A stretch of 64,000 bases of DNA, taken from positions 7,744,001 through 7,808,000 of the forward strand of contig JASGJH010000001.1 in assembly GCA_047601445.1 (NCBI GenBank), in the 5' to 3' direction. The notes under the pieces are model-generated. The model was not told the origin of the DNA. It was given only the letters and a program-made list of their open reading frames with translations, and did not search any database. Position numbers and translations under genes: made by a program. Below are positions 18,448 through 28,121 of this stretch, in pieces. Source of the stretch: Myxococcales bacterium (GTDB lineage Bacteria > Myxococcota_A > Polyangia > Polyangiales > DASUME01). Within the stretch, counting starts at the first letter, position 1, and every line of letters starts with the position of its first letter.

Positions 18448-19554
18448 ATGTCTGCGCTCACGCGCGAAGCGGTCCTCGAAGCCCTGGCCAAGGTCGAAGA
18501 CCCCGCCTTTAACCGTTCCATGCTGGAACTCGGCACCCTCCTCGACGTGGTGGTCGAGAACGGCAGCGTGCGGGCCAGCGTGCGATTGTCAGCGCCCAGC
18601 GACGAGCTCCAGCTCACGATTCGAGAGCGTATCCACAAGGCGCTCGCGCCCCTCGGCGTGGACCAGGTGATCCTCGACTGGGACCTCCAGGTCTCCATGC
18701 GCGACGTGGGTCCCGAGGACCCCATCCCCCACGTGCGCAACGTGGTTCTGGTGATGAGCGGCAAGGGCGGCGTGGGCAAGAGCACCACGGCGGTGAACCT
18801 GGCGCTGGCCCTCAAGCGCGCCGGCGCGCGCGTGGGGTTGCTCGACGCGGATATTTACGGTCCTTCCATCCCGACCATGTTCGGCATCCAGGGCTTCCCC
18901 ACCAGCGAAGACGGCAAGACCATCGAGCCGCTCGAGCGCTTCGGCATCAAGCTGATGAGCATCGGCTTCCTGATGGAGGACACCAAGGCCGCCATCGTCT
19001 GGCGTGGTCCCATGCTGCACGGCGCGCTCCAGCAGTTCTTGGGCGACGTGCACTGGGGTGAGCTCGACTACCTGGTGCTCGACCTGCCGCCGGGCACGGG
19101 CGACGTGGCGTTGAGTCTGGCGCAGAAGATGAAGGTGACGGGCGCCGTCATCGTGACGACACCCCAAGAGGTGGCGTTGCAGGACGTCTACAAGAGCGTC
19201 TCCATGTGCGAGAAACTCAACCTGCCCATCCTCGGCGTGGTCGAGAACATGAGCTACTTCGTGGATCCTGCTGGCCTCAAGCACCACCTGTTCGGTGAGG
19301 GGGGTGGTCAGCGTGTGGCCGAGTTCTCGAAGGCTCCACTGCTTGGCCACGTGCCGCTCGAGCCCAAGGTCCGCGAGTGGGGCGATAACGGCACGCCCAT
19401 CGTGCAGGCCGTTCCCAACAGCGAATCGGCTCAGGCTTTCTCGCGCATCGCCGACAAGCTCACCGCGCTGATCGCGCAGCGCCACTTCGCGCGCGCCGGC
19501 GGAGACAAGCTGCCCAGCAGCAGCGGCCCGCGTCGCCTCAAGATCGTGAGGTAG
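18448..19554 (+). CDS. mrp: Mrp/ApbC/NBP35 Fe-S cluster carrier ATPase with N-terminal DUF59-like domain
   Basis: SGKGGVGKST, DADIYGPSIP, WRGPM, DLPPGTGD, VVENMS motifs. Confidence 0.9.
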   Translation: MSALTREAVLEALAKVEDPAFNRSMLELGTLLDVVVENGSVRASVRLSAPSDELQLTIRERIHKALAPLGVDQVILDWDLQVSMRDVGPEDPIPHVRNVVLVMSGKGGVGKSTTAVNLALALKRAGARVGLLDADIYGPSIPTMFGIQGFPTSEDGKTIEPLERFGIKLMSIGFLMEDTKAAIVWRGPMLHGALQQFLGDVHWGELDYLVLDLPPGTGDVALSLAQKMKVTGAVIVTTPQEVALQDVYKSVSMCEKLNLPILGVVENMSYFVDPAGLKHHLFGEGGGQRVAEFSKAPLLGHVPLEPKVREWGDNGTPIVQAVPNSESAQAFSRIADKLTALIAQRHFARAGGDKLPSSSGPRRLKIVR

Positions 19555-19556
19555 GC

Positions 19557-19988
19557 TCAGCTGGGTGGCGGTTGGAGCGTGGGCTGATCGCGTCGGCCGC
19601 TGCGCGCCGCCCGGGCGCCGCCTACCAGCACGAAACTCCCGGGGCCGGCGTCGAGGGCCAGGTAGATCATTCCGTGGGGTCCCACCCAGCAGCTGGCGTG
19701 TTCACCCCGCAGGCCGCTCGGGAACCCGTGTTCCCCTGCGCTGCCGGCAAATGTAGGCTCACCGCGTAATTCACGTACACCTGCCACAGCCCGCGCATAG
19801 CGCTGCTCGTACTCTTCGCGCAGCACAAGAAAATCATCGTTTTCCGCGCTCACGGCCTGGGCGAGCTGGATCTCTGCGCCGCCTTCGTCTGCGGTGAGCA
19901 GGAGGTCCTCGAGCAGCTCGGCGAGTGGCCTGATCTCCACGGAGGCCCAGAGCTTAGCAATTCGAAACTTCCGTTCGGGCCGTCTCAC
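19557..19988 (-). CDS. Hypothetical protein
   Basis: Fills the gap between mrp and the next gene; protein-like composition; no motif recognised. Confidence 0.5.
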   Translation of the reverse strand: MRRPERKFRIAKLWASVEIRPLAELLEDLLLTADEGGAEIQLAQAVSAENDDFLVLREEYEQRYARAVAGVRELRGEPTFAGSAGEHGFPSGLRGEHASCWVGPHGMIYLALDAGPGSFVLVGGARAARSGRRDQPTLQPPPS

Positions 19989-20064
19989 GCCCGCTTGGTG
20001 GGCTCGCTTGCAGATGTCATACGAGGTCTTCGCCTTGGGCTAGCTAACGACCCCTTCCGGTCAG

Positions 20065-20853
20065 GTGGGTGATAACCTGTTCTCCCTGGATCGGTATGCT
20101 AAAAGCCGAAACCGAGGCATGGGCGTGACTTCAGCAATCCAGCGCAAGCTCGACCCGGAGGGCATTGCCACAAAGGTCGTGGTTCGCCTGATCGAAGAGC
20201 TTGCGTGCGTGTCCATCACGCCCGACAGCCCGGCTTGGCAAGACCTCATCGCGCAAGGCAAGCGAGTCGGCGAGCTGCGTGTCTATCGCGGTCGCGGTCG
20301 CGTGCAGAAGATCGTGTGCACCAGCTTCAGCGTCGGCAATCCCGCCGTCGACTCGCAGAGCGTCATCGTGTTGACGGATCCTTCGAGTCCGGTGCCACAC
20401 CTGGTGCTCGACACCATGCACGTGGGTCCGCGCGTGAGCTTGCATCTCGACCTACTGCCCAAGCGCGACCTGGGCGTGTCGCTCGGCTACCTCGATCGCT
20501 GCTACGTCCCCCTCAGCGAGGTGCGCGGCGATCTCGACGCCGACGAGCGTTTCTCCGCGGCGCAGCTCTCGCGTCGCCTGCGTTCCTTGCTCTCACCGTG
20601 GAACGTGGCGCATACGGTGGACGTGTCCGACCTCGACGCGGCGGGCGCCTACGTCGATCGCTACGTGAGCCACTGGGCCGCGTTGATCAAGAGCGACGCC
20701 CCGGAGCTTCAGTCCGCGCCCGAGATCGCCTCGCGCGACGTTCAGCATCGGCGGCTCCTCTTCAGTCGTGGCGTGGACCCGGTCTGGGACGTGCTCGACC
20801 GCCTGCTCGACCGCAACGCCGTGGACATGCTGATCTCCGCGCTATCCGGCTGA
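20065..20853 (+). CDS. Red chlorophyll catabolite reductase / ferredoxin-dependent bilin reductase-like protein
   Basis: GELRVYRG, PHLVLD and LDLLPKRDL....YLDRCY match the RCCR pattern; start may be ATG 20119. Confidence 0.6.
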   Translation: MGDNLFSLDRYAKSRNRGMGVTSAIQRKLDPEGIATKVVVRLIEELACVSITPDSPAWQDLIAQGKRVGELRVYRGRGRVQKIVCTSFSVGNPAVDSQSVIVLTDPSSPVPHLVLDTMHVGPRVSLHLDLLPKRDLGVSLGYLDRCYVPLSEVRGDLDADERFSAAQLSRRLRSLLSPWNVAHTVDVSDLDAAGAYVDRYVSHWAALIKSDAPELQSAPEIASRDVQHRRLLFSRGVDPVWDVLDRLLDRNAVDMLISALSG

Positions 20854-20934
20854 GCTCGGGTCGAACCCGTACGGTCGCGCCAATCAGCGCCCACTTGCGC
20901 TCGCCTCTTTCCGCGCGAGCGGTAGAGTGAGCCC

Positions 20935-21354
20935 ATGCGACAGGTGCAACGCAGCTTCACCGTGGACACACGCGGCAAGGGCCTCTACGACGTGACCCAG
21001 GAGGTGGCGCGTGTGGTCGCGGAGAGCGACATCGGGCTCGGACTCGCCACCGTGTTCATCGCCCACACCTCGGCCAGCCTGTTGATCCAGGAGAATGCCG
21101 ACGTGGAGGTGCAGCGCGACCTCGAGCGCTTCTTCGCGCGCCTCGTGCCCGACGGCGACCCGCTGTTCTTGCACGTGGAGGAAGGGCCCGACGACATGCC
21201 CGCCCACGTTCGCGCGGCGCTGACGCAGACCTCGATCGGCATCCCGCTGCGCGAGGGCAAGCTGGCACTCGGCGTGTGGCAGGGGCTCTACGTGTTCGAA
21301 CACCGCAATCGGCCGCACCAGCGCAAGCTCATCGTGCACGTGGTGGGCGAGTAA
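20935..21354 (+). CDS. yjbQ: YjbQ/UPF0047 family protein
   Basis: HTSASLLIQENAD, EGPDDMPAHV, LGVWQGLYVFEHR motifs. Confidence 0.9.
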   Translation: MRQVQRSFTVDTRGKGLYDVTQEVARVVAESDIGLGLATVFIAHTSASLLIQENADVEVQRDLERFFARLVPDGDPLFLHVEEGPDDMPAHVRAALTQTSIGIPLREGKLALGVWQGLYVFEHRNRPHQRKLIVHVVGE

Positions 21355-21363
21355 GCGCTCAGC

Positions 21364-22530
21364 TCAACCGACCTCGCGGGCCACGTGCTGCGTCAGTCGC
21401 GCCACGCCCTCGCTGAAGTGCGCGTCCTCGGTGATCAGGCTCAACACGAGGTGCGTGCCGCGCGTGAGATCGTAGAAGAAGCCAGGTTGCACCAGGACGC
21501 CCTCCCGCTCGAGCAGGGAGATGGCCCACTCTTCGTCGGTGTGGAGCGCGGGCACGCGAACGATGCCGTACCAGCCGCCCTCCACACCGAGCACGTCGAG
21601 CGTGCTGTGCTCGCAGGCCTTCGTGAGCTGCGCGAGATTGCGTCGGGTCCGCGCCGCCACGCGTTCGCGCGCTGCGCTGCCGTGTCGGAGCAGGCTGGGA
21701 AGGGCGAGTTGCACAGGGGTGGCCACCGAGAGGTAACTGTCTGCGATGTGCTGTAGGCGCTCGCAGGCCTCGGCTGCGCCCGGGCCGGCGATGGCCGTCC
21801 ACGCCAGTTTGAGCTGCGGCAGCGCCACCGACTTGCTCAGACCTCCGAGCCGGAACACCAACGCGCGCTCACTCACTTCGAGCGCCGAGTGTGCCCGGCG
21901 CGGGTCCGCCGTGAATGCGTACTCCGCGAAGACCTCGTCGCTGATCAGCGGGAGCTGCAGGCTGGCGAGCTCTTGCAACTCGTCGCGCTTGAGGAAGGAG
22001 CCGGTGGGATTGTTCGGATGCACAAGCAAGATAGCGCGTGAGCGTGCATCGAGGGCAGCGCGCACGCTGGCCAAGTCCACGTGCCACTCGCCATCGTAGG
22101 CCAGCTGGTAGGGGCGCAGCTGCACGCCCTCCAGGGAGGCCAGGACGTCGAACAGCGGATAGCTGGGGGAGGGCACCAGCACGTTGTCACCGGCATCGCA
22201 CAAGAGCTTGAACAGAAAGCCGTAGGCTTCGCTGGTGCTCGCCGTGAGCATCAAGCGTTCTGCCGGCACCTCGAGCCCACTCGAGGCTAGATGTGCACTC
22301 AAGGCCCCGCGCACCGCGAGCAGGCCGAACGGGTCGGGCTGATATTCGGCGATGCCCGGGTGCGTGAGCGCGTGCGCCAGCTCCGCGTGGGGCCAGGCGA
22401 GTCCCACGCTCGTGGGATTGCTCTCGGCCAGGCTCAGCACGGGCCGGCCCTCGGCGCGCCGCCGGTCCAGGGCCTGCGTGAGCGCGTTGGTTTCGGTGCC
22501 GAGCGTCGAGCGGTGTGAGAAGCCCTGCAT
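21364..22530 (-). CDS. PLP-dependent class I/II aminotransferase
   Basis: HPNNPTG, ISDEVF, GLSKS (PLP lysine) motifs. Confidence 0.88.
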   Translation of the reverse strand: MQGFSHRSTLGTETNALTQALDRRRAEGRPVLSLAESNPTSVGLAWPHAELAHALTHPGIAEYQPDPFGLLAVRGALSAHLASSGLEVPAERLMLTASTSEAYGFLFKLLCDAGDNVLVPSPSYPLFDVLASLEGVQLRPYQLAYDGEWHVDLASVRAALDARSRAILLVHPNNPTGSFLKRDELQELASLQLPLISDEVFAEYAFTADPRRAHSALEVSERALVFRLGGLSKSVALPQLKLAWTAIAGPGAAEACERLQHIADSYLSVATPVQLALPSLLRHGSAARERVAARTRRNLAQLTKACEHSTLDVLGVEGGWYGIVRVPALHTDEEWAISLLEREGVLVQPGFFYDLTRGTHLVLSLITEDAHFSEGVARLTQHVAREVG

Positions 22531-22589
22531 GGGTCAGACCTAGATCGGATTTCTGCCCCAGGCACGCGCTACACTGGTCCGAGTTCTTC

Positions 22590-23267
22590 ATGGCGGAAGC
22601 CCGCGTCTATCCTCCGAGTGAGCACAGGATCGCCGAAGCCCGGCGAGCCGGCCTCGCGCCGCGCACGAGCTTCGTGGCGCTGGCCGCGGGACTCGCCGTC
22701 GGGGGGCTCTGGTTCGAGTACTGGGGCGGCGCGCTGTTGCAGGGGCTGAGTCAGCTCTGGCGCGTCCAGCTCGCTGCCTTCGAGCGTGCCGAGGTCCCGG
22801 ACGCGGGCGCGGCGTTGCGGTCGCAGCTGCCGCAGCTCCTGTGGCCCCTCGCGTGCGCCTTCGTGGTGTATTTCGTGTTGGCTCTCGGTCTCTCCTTCGT
22901 GGCCCAGGGCAGCGCGCGCTTCTTGCCGATGCGCCGGCGCACGCGCGCGTTCCCGCCTGTGCCAGCACCGGCCAGTGGCAAGGCGCTATGGGTGCTCGCG
23001 GTGTTCCTGGCGAGCTTGGGCGCGCTCCATGAATGGGTTCGCGTGCGTCCCGACACGGCTCACTTGCTCGCGGCGCGCTGGTGGTTCCGACTCAGCGCGC
23101 TGGCCGCGCTCATCGGCGTCTTCGACGCGCTGCTCGCGCGCCTCGTGTTCGTGCGCGCGCTGTGGCTCACGCGTCGTGAGCACCTCGACGAGCAGCGCGA
23201 AGCCTACGGCGCGCCCGAGCTGCGCACCGCGCGCGCCCGGGCGCGACACGCGAGCGACGCCCCATGA
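22590..23267 (+). CDS. FlhB/SctU-like membrane protein lacking the cytoplasmic autocleavage domain
   Basis: N-terminal PPSEHRIAEARRAGLAPRT and post-TM LTRREHLDEQREAYGAPELR resemble FlhB PT.KKL..AR..GQ.PRS and MTKQE.K.E.K..EG.PE.K; 4 TM segments; no NPTH. Confidence 0.6.
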   Translation: MAEARVYPPSEHRIAEARRAGLAPRTSFVALAAGLAVGGLWFEYWGGALLQGLSQLWRVQLAAFERAEVPDAGAALRSQLPQLLWPLACAFVVYFVLALGLSFVAQGSARFLPMRRRTRAFPPVPAPASGKALWVLAVFLASLGALHEWVRVRPDTAHLLAARWWFRLSALAALIGVFDALLARLVFVRALWLTRREHLDEQREAYGAPELRTARARARHASDAP

Positions 23268-25570
23268 ACGAGCTGGAGCTCAGCGCGGCAACGCTGCCCA
23301 CCAAGAGCCATGGCTATGTCGAAGTGGCCCTGCCGGTTCCCCTGCGCAAGCTGTTCACCTACCGCGTGCCCGCGGGCTTGAACCTCACGCGCGGCATGCG
23401 CGTGGCGGTGCCGTTCTCGGGCCAGAAGCTGCCCGGCATCGTGATGGGGTCACGCGACGAGGCCCCGAGCGGCGTGAAGCGCGTACTCAGCGTGGCCGGC
23501 CTGTTCGAGCCCGAAGCGCTCTTTCCGGAGGAGCTCCTGCGCTTCCTCGAGCGTGCAGCAGACTACTACCTCGCACCGCTCGGTGAGGTCCTGAAAGCCG
23601 CCGCACCGGCGCTGCCCAAGGAGGCTTTTCGCGCGCTCAAGGCCAGCGGCTTCGTGGCCGACGAAGCCGAGCTCAAGGGCCGCCGCATGGCCACCCAGAC
23701 CACCTGGCGCGTCCGCAAGGTCCCCGAGGCCGTGGAGCCTGCGCGGCTCGGCGTGCGCCAGCGCGCGGCCCTGGCGCTGATCGAGGAGCGCGATCACATG
23801 TTGCTCAGCGAGCTCTCCCAGCTCCTGCCCAACGCCCGCGGCCTGGTGCGAGGACTGGTTGAGAAGGGCATCTTGAGCACCGAGGACGTGGAGGTCGTGA
23901 GCGACCCCTTCTTCTCCGCCAGCCTGCCCCGTGAAGAACCCTTCCGCGCCAACCCGGAGCAGCGCGCGGCCATCGATCGCCTTTCCAGCGCGCTGAGTCC
24001 CGAGACCAAGGGCACCTTCTTGCTCCATGGCGTCACCGGCTCCGGCAAGACCGAGGTCTACCTTCAGGTGGTGGCCGAGGCGCTCGCGCGCGGACTCGGC
24101 GCGCTCGTGCTGGTCCCCGAGATCGCGCTCACTCCCCAGCTCGTCGCTCGCTTCCGCGCACGCTTCGGCGAGGCCATCGCGGTGCTACACAGCGGGCTCG
24201 GCGATCGCGAGCGACACCAGGCCTGGCGCTCCCTGCGTCGCTCCGAGGTGCGGCTGGCCATCGGCGCACGCTCCGCCCTGTTCGCGCCCGTGCCCAACCT
24301 CGGTGTGGTCATCGTCGACGAAGAGCACGACCCCTCGTTCAAGCAGGAGGAGGGCTTCCGCTACAACGCGCGCGACATGGCGATGCTGCGAGCGCACATG
24401 GCTTCGGCAGTCTGCATCCTGGGCAGCGCCACGCCGTCCCTCGAGAGCTACTACCTGAGCGAGCGAAAGCGCGTCGAGCGCCTGGTGCTCAAGGAGCGCG
24501 CCCAAAGGCAGCTCATGCCCGAGGTCGAGGTCGTCGACCTCGCGCGCAACCAGGGGCTCGGGCCCACCGGCAACCCCCTGATCAGCGCCCCGTTGTACCG
24601 CGCCCTTGAGCGCTGCCTGAGCGCGGGCGATCAGGCCATCCTGTTCCTCAATCGTCGCGGCTTCGCGCCGAGCCTGCACTGCGCGAGCTGCGCCAAGCCG
24701 CTCAGCTGCCCGGCCTGCAGCGTGACGCTCACGGAGCACAAGCGGGCCGGTGCCCTGCGCTGCCACTACTGTGATTTCGCGATGCCCCTCACGCAGGCAT
24801 GTCCGAGCTGCGGGGCCCTATCGCTCGAGCGTGTGGGCGTGGGCACCGAGCGCATCGAGGAGGGACTCGAGCAGGCCTTCCCGCAGGCACGTATCGGACG
24901 CCTCGATCGCGACACGGCCTCGGGCAGCGGCGTGGAGGAAGTGCTCGCCAAGATGCGCGCGCGCGAGCTCGACGTGTTGGTGGGCACCCAGATGGTCACC
25001 AAGGGACACGACTTGCCGAGCGTGACCTTGGTGGGTGTGCTGCTCGCCGATCAGAGCCTGGCGTTCCCGGACTTCCGCGCCGCCGAGCGTACCTTCCAGC
25101 TCTTGGCCCAGGTTGCGGGTCGTGCCGGCCGCGGTGATCGCCCAGGGCGCGTGCTCTTGCAGACCTACCAGCCCAATCACTTCGCGGTGCGCTACGCCCT
25201 CCACCACGACTATCGCGGCTTCTACGATGAGGAGATCGCCGCCCGTGCGGAGCTGGGTTACGTGCCCCTCTCGCGTCTGGTGGCGGTGCGGGCCGACGCA
25301 GGCGACGAGGACGTGGTGCGCGGCGTGATGCGGGAGCTAGCGCTGGCGGCTTCGGCCACGCCGGAGGTTCGGGCGGGCAGGGTGCAGCTCTTGGGTCCGG
25401 CGCCCGCGCCCATCGCGCGCCTCAGGGGCCGCTATCGCATGCGCTTCCTGCTACGCGGCCGGGTGCGCGAGGACGTGCGCAAGGTCGCGGAAGCCGTGGT
25501 GTCTCGCATCGAAGCGGGCATTGCCCCGGCCCGCGCTAGCGTCGACGTCGATCCGGTCTCCATGATGTAG
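23264..25570 (+). CDS. priA: Primosomal protein N'
   Basis: GVTGSGKTEVY, LVPEIALTPQ, DEEHD, SATPSLES, four CxxC Zn motifs, GTQMVTKG. Confidence 0.96.
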   Translation: MNELELSAATLPTKSHGYVEVALPVPLRKLFTYRVPAGLNLTRGMRVAVPFSGQKLPGIVMGSRDEAPSGVKRVLSVAGLFEPEALFPEELLRFLERAADYYLAPLGEVLKAAAPALPKEAFRALKASGFVADEAELKGRRMATQTTWRVRKVPEAVEPARLGVRQRAALALIEERDHMLLSELSQLLPNARGLVRGLVEKGILSTEDVEVVSDPFFSASLPREEPFRANPEQRAAIDRLSSALSPETKGTFLLHGVTGSGKTEVYLQVVAEALARGLGALVLVPEIALTPQLVARFRARFGEAIAVLHSGLGDRERHQAWRSLRRSEVRLAIGARSALFAPVPNLGVVIVDEEHDPSFKQEEGFRYNARDMAMLRAHMASAVCILGSATPSLESYYLSERKRVERLVLKERAQRQLMPEVEVVDLARNQGLGPTGNPLISAPLYRALERCLSAGDQAILFLNRRGFAPSLHCASCAKPLSCPACSVTLTEHKRAGALRCHYCDFAMPLTQACPSCGALSLERVGVGTERIEEGLEQAFPQARIGRLDRDTASGSGVEEVLAKMRARELDVLVGTQMVTKGHDLPSVTLVGVLLADQSLAFPDFRAAERTFQLLAQVAGRAGRGDRPGRVLLQTYQPNHFAVRYALHHDYRGFYDEEIAARAELGYVPLSRLVAVRADAGDEDVVRGVMRELALAASATPEVRAGRVQLLGPAPAPIARLRGRYRMRFLLRGRVREDVRKVAEAVVSRIEAGIAPARASVDVDPVSMM

Positions 25571-25676
25571 CCGACCTGTCGCCGATTCTTCTGTTTTGTC
25601 GCACACTTGTGGGCTGGCTGTCGGTCGCCCTGTGCTTGCGACCAGCGTTCAATGGTGGTACATGTGGCCGTTGACC

Positions 25677-26195
25677 ATGGCCATTCGAAGAATCCTCCAC
25701 TACCCCGACAAGCGGCTGCGCATTCCGGCTGAGCCCGTGACGGACTTCGGACCCGAGCTCCAGACGCTCGTGGACGACATGGCCGAGACCATGTACGCGG
25801 CCCCAGGTGTCGGCCTGGCCGCTCCCCAAATCGGCGTCTCCAAGCGCCTGTTCATCATCGACATCTCCAGCGGCGACGGTCCCACGGACCTGCGCGTCTT
25901 CATCAACCCCACCATCGTGAAGACGGAGGGGGAGGTTGGCTGGGAAGAGGGCTGCCTGTCGTTCCCCGGGGTGCACCAGGAGATCCAGCGCGCCGAGCGC
26001 GTGAAGGTGAAAGCCCAGGATCGCCACGGGAACTGGTTCGAGCTCGAGACCAACGAGCTGATGGCCATCGCCGTGCAGCACGAGAACGATCACATCGAAG
26101 GTCGCCTGATGATCGACCACTTGAGCCCGCTCAAGCGTCGCATCGTGCACCGCGCCATGCAGAAGCGCGCCAACCAAGGCGCGGCCGCCGAATAG
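25677..26195 (+). CDS. def: Peptide deformylase
   Basis: GVGLAAPQ, EGCLS, QHENDH motifs. Confidence 0.96.
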   Translation: MAIRRILHYPDKRLRIPAEPVTDFGPELQTLVDDMAETMYAAPGVGLAAPQIGVSKRLFIIDISSGDGPTDLRVFINPTIVKTEGEVGWEEGCLSFPGVHQEIQRAERVKVKAQDRHGNWFELETNELMAIAVQHENDHIEGRLMIDHLSPLKRRIVHRAMQKRANQGAAAE

Positions 26196-26286
26196 CCACC
26201 ATCCAGTCAGGTGCCCGTGGGCACCTGGGCCCGCCGAGCACGCGGCCAGTGCGCCGAGCGTGCAGGCGCAGCGATCCGGAGCACAC

Positions 26287-27258
26287 ATGACGTCCGTTTC
26301 CCCTCGCAAGCCGCGCGCTGCGTTCATGGGTACGCCCGATTTCGCGGTCCCCTGTCTGGAAGCGCTGCTCGATGTGGCCGACGTGCCGCTGGTGGTCACG
26401 CAGCCCGACAAGGCTCAAGGCCGTGGCCTCGAGCTCGCACCGCCGCCCGTCAAGCTGCTGGCGCAGTCTCGCGGCATCCCGGTTTTTCAGCCGCTCAAGG
26501 CGCGCGACGGCGCGCTGCGCGATCGACTGCGTGAGCTCGACTTGGACTTCGCGCTGGTGGTTGCCTACGGGAAGATCCTGCCCCAGGACGTGTTGGACGC
26601 CCCGCGCCTCGGCTGCCTCAACGTGCACGGCTCGCTGCTACCGCGTTGGCGTGGCGCGGCCCCCATCCAGTGGTCCGTCGTGAGCGGAGATCGCGAGACG
26701 GGCGTCTGCCTGATGCAGATGGACGCGGGCATGGATACGGGGCCGGTGCTGCTGCGGGAAGTCGTGGCCATTGCTCCGAGCGAGACGGGCGGCGAGCTCT
26801 TCGAGCGCTTGTCGAAGCTGTCCGGGGAGCTCGTGCGGAACTCGATCCCGCGCTTCATGGCAGGCGAGCTCCTGCCCGAAGCCCAGAGTACGGAGGGGGT
26901 AACCCACGCGCGCATGATCGAGAAGTCCGACGGTGCCCTCGACTTCTCGCACAGTGCCCAGGCGGTACACGACCGGGCGCGCGGGTTCTATCCCTGGCCT
27001 GGTGCCTACACCGCGCTGGCTGGAAAGCGCATCAAGATCCATCGCACCGAGGTGGCGCGCAGCGAGGGGAGTCCGGCTGAGCCGGGCACCGTGTTGGTCG
27101 CTGACGCGAGCGGCATCGAGGTGGCTTGTGCCCAGGGCACGGTGCGCTTGCTCGAGCTGCAGCCCGAGGGCAAGAAGCGGATGGCTGCGGCGGCCTTCCT
27201 TGCGGGTCATCCCATTCCCAAGGGCGCACGCTTCGCGAACCACCAGGAACTCCTATGA
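26287..27258 (+). CDS. fmt: Methionyl-tRNA formyltransferase
   Basis: FMGTPDFA, VVTQPD, NVHGSLLPRWRGAAPIQ, MDAGMDTG; follows def. Confidence 0.96.
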   Translation: MTSVSPRKPRAAFMGTPDFAVPCLEALLDVADVPLVVTQPDKAQGRGLELAPPPVKLLAQSRGIPVFQPLKARDGALRDRLRELDLDFALVVAYGKILPQDVLDAPRLGCLNVHGSLLPRWRGAAPIQWSVVSGDRETGVCLMQMDAGMDTGPVLLREVVAIAPSETGGELFERLSKLSGELVRNSIPRFMAGELLPEAQSTEGVTHARMIEKSDGALDFSHSAQAVHDRARGFYPWPGAYTALAGKRIKIHRTEVARSEGSPAEPGTVLVADASGIEVACAQGTVRLLELQPEGKKRMAAAAFLAGHPIPKGARFANHQELL

Positions 27259-27815
27259 AGATCTACACCAAGACCGGGGACCGAGGAGACACGGGGTTGT
27301 TCGGGGGCGCGCGCGTCTCCAAGTCCAGCCTGCGCGTGGAAGCGTACGGCGAGATCGACGAGCTCAACAGCGTGGTCGGCTTGGTCCGCACGGAGCCCTT
27401 CGACGCCGACGTGGACGCGCTCTTGGCACTCGTGCAGAGCCGCTTGTTCGACCTCGGGGCGGAGCTCGCCACGGCGCCGGACAGCAAGGTGGCCCTGGGC
27501 ATTCCCCTGGTGAGCGAGTCCGAGGTCGAGCGCCTCGAGCAAGCCATCGATCAGGCCGAGACGGAGCTCGCGCCGCTGAAGACCTTCGTGCTGCCGGGGG
27601 GCTCACGCGCCGCCGCGTACCTGCACCTGGCCCGCACGGTGTGTCGCCGCGCCGAGCGCAAGCTGGTGCTGCTCGCGCAGTCCGAGCCGGTGCGAGAGCT
27701 GTGCATCCACTACGTGAACCGCTTGAGCGACACCTTCTTCGTACTGGCGCGCCTGGCCAACCACCGCGCAGGCATCGCGGACGTGCCGTGGGTTGGCGCG
27801 GGTCGCAACGCTTAG
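27255..27815 (+). CDS. PduO-type ATP:cob(I)alamin adenosyltransferase
   Basis: MKIYTKTGD.G.T, AYG.IDELNS, F.LPGG, RTVCRRAER, NRLSD motifs; ATGA overlap with fmt. Confidence 0.93.
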   Translation: MKIYTKTGDRGDTGLFGGARVSKSSLRVEAYGEIDELNSVVGLVRTEPFDADVDALLALVQSRLFDLGAELATAPDSKVALGIPLVSESEVERLEQAIDQAETELAPLKTFVLPGGSRAAAYLHLARTVCRRAERKLVLLAQSEPVRELCIHYVNRLSDTFFVLARLANHRAGIADVPWVGAGRNA

Positions 27816-27823
27816 GCGCGCGT

Positions 27824-27853
27824 AAAAAAGGCGCCGGGAGTAAACCCGACGCC
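27824..27853 (-). terminator. Rho-independent terminator of the 6S RNA gene (may also terminate the convergent priA operon)
   Basis: Minus strand GGCGTCGGG-TTTACT-CCCGGCGCC followed by TTTTTT. Confidence 0.85.
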
Positions 27854-27861
27854 GAAAATAA

Positions 27862-28056
27862 AGAGGTTCTTACCGCTAGAACGTGGGCAGAAACTGTGAA
27901 CCCCTAGCGATTGCTAGGTGGGCGTGGGTGTCGCTTGCTTCAGGCTTCCCGGAGAAGTTCGCCGGGCGTGCACACCGCAATCGAGATTCACTCCCGAGTT
28001 CAATGCTTGTAAGGGATTCTTTCGCTTCCGTTCCCACGTGTCCTGCAGAGGAACCA
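27862..28056 (-). ncRNA. ssrS: 6S RNA
   Basis: About 195 nt; complementary ends (GGTTC..ACGTGGG / CCCACGT..GAACC); core CGGTGTGCACGCCCGG...CCGGGAAGCCTGAAG...CACC-hairpin-GGTTCA resembles E. coli 6S; flanked by promoter and terminator. Confidence 0.85.
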
Positions 28057-28064
28057 CGACTCTC

Positions 28065-28093
28065 AACCTAAGCGCCCCGATCGATCGGGTCAA
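28065..28093 (-). promoter_or_regulatory. Sigma70-type promoter of the 6S RNA gene
   Basis: TTGACC-N17-TAGGTT immediately upstream of the 6S 5' end. Confidence 0.7.
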
Positions 28094-28121
28094 GCGCGCC
28101 CGAGCGATTGCGCGAGCAGGA

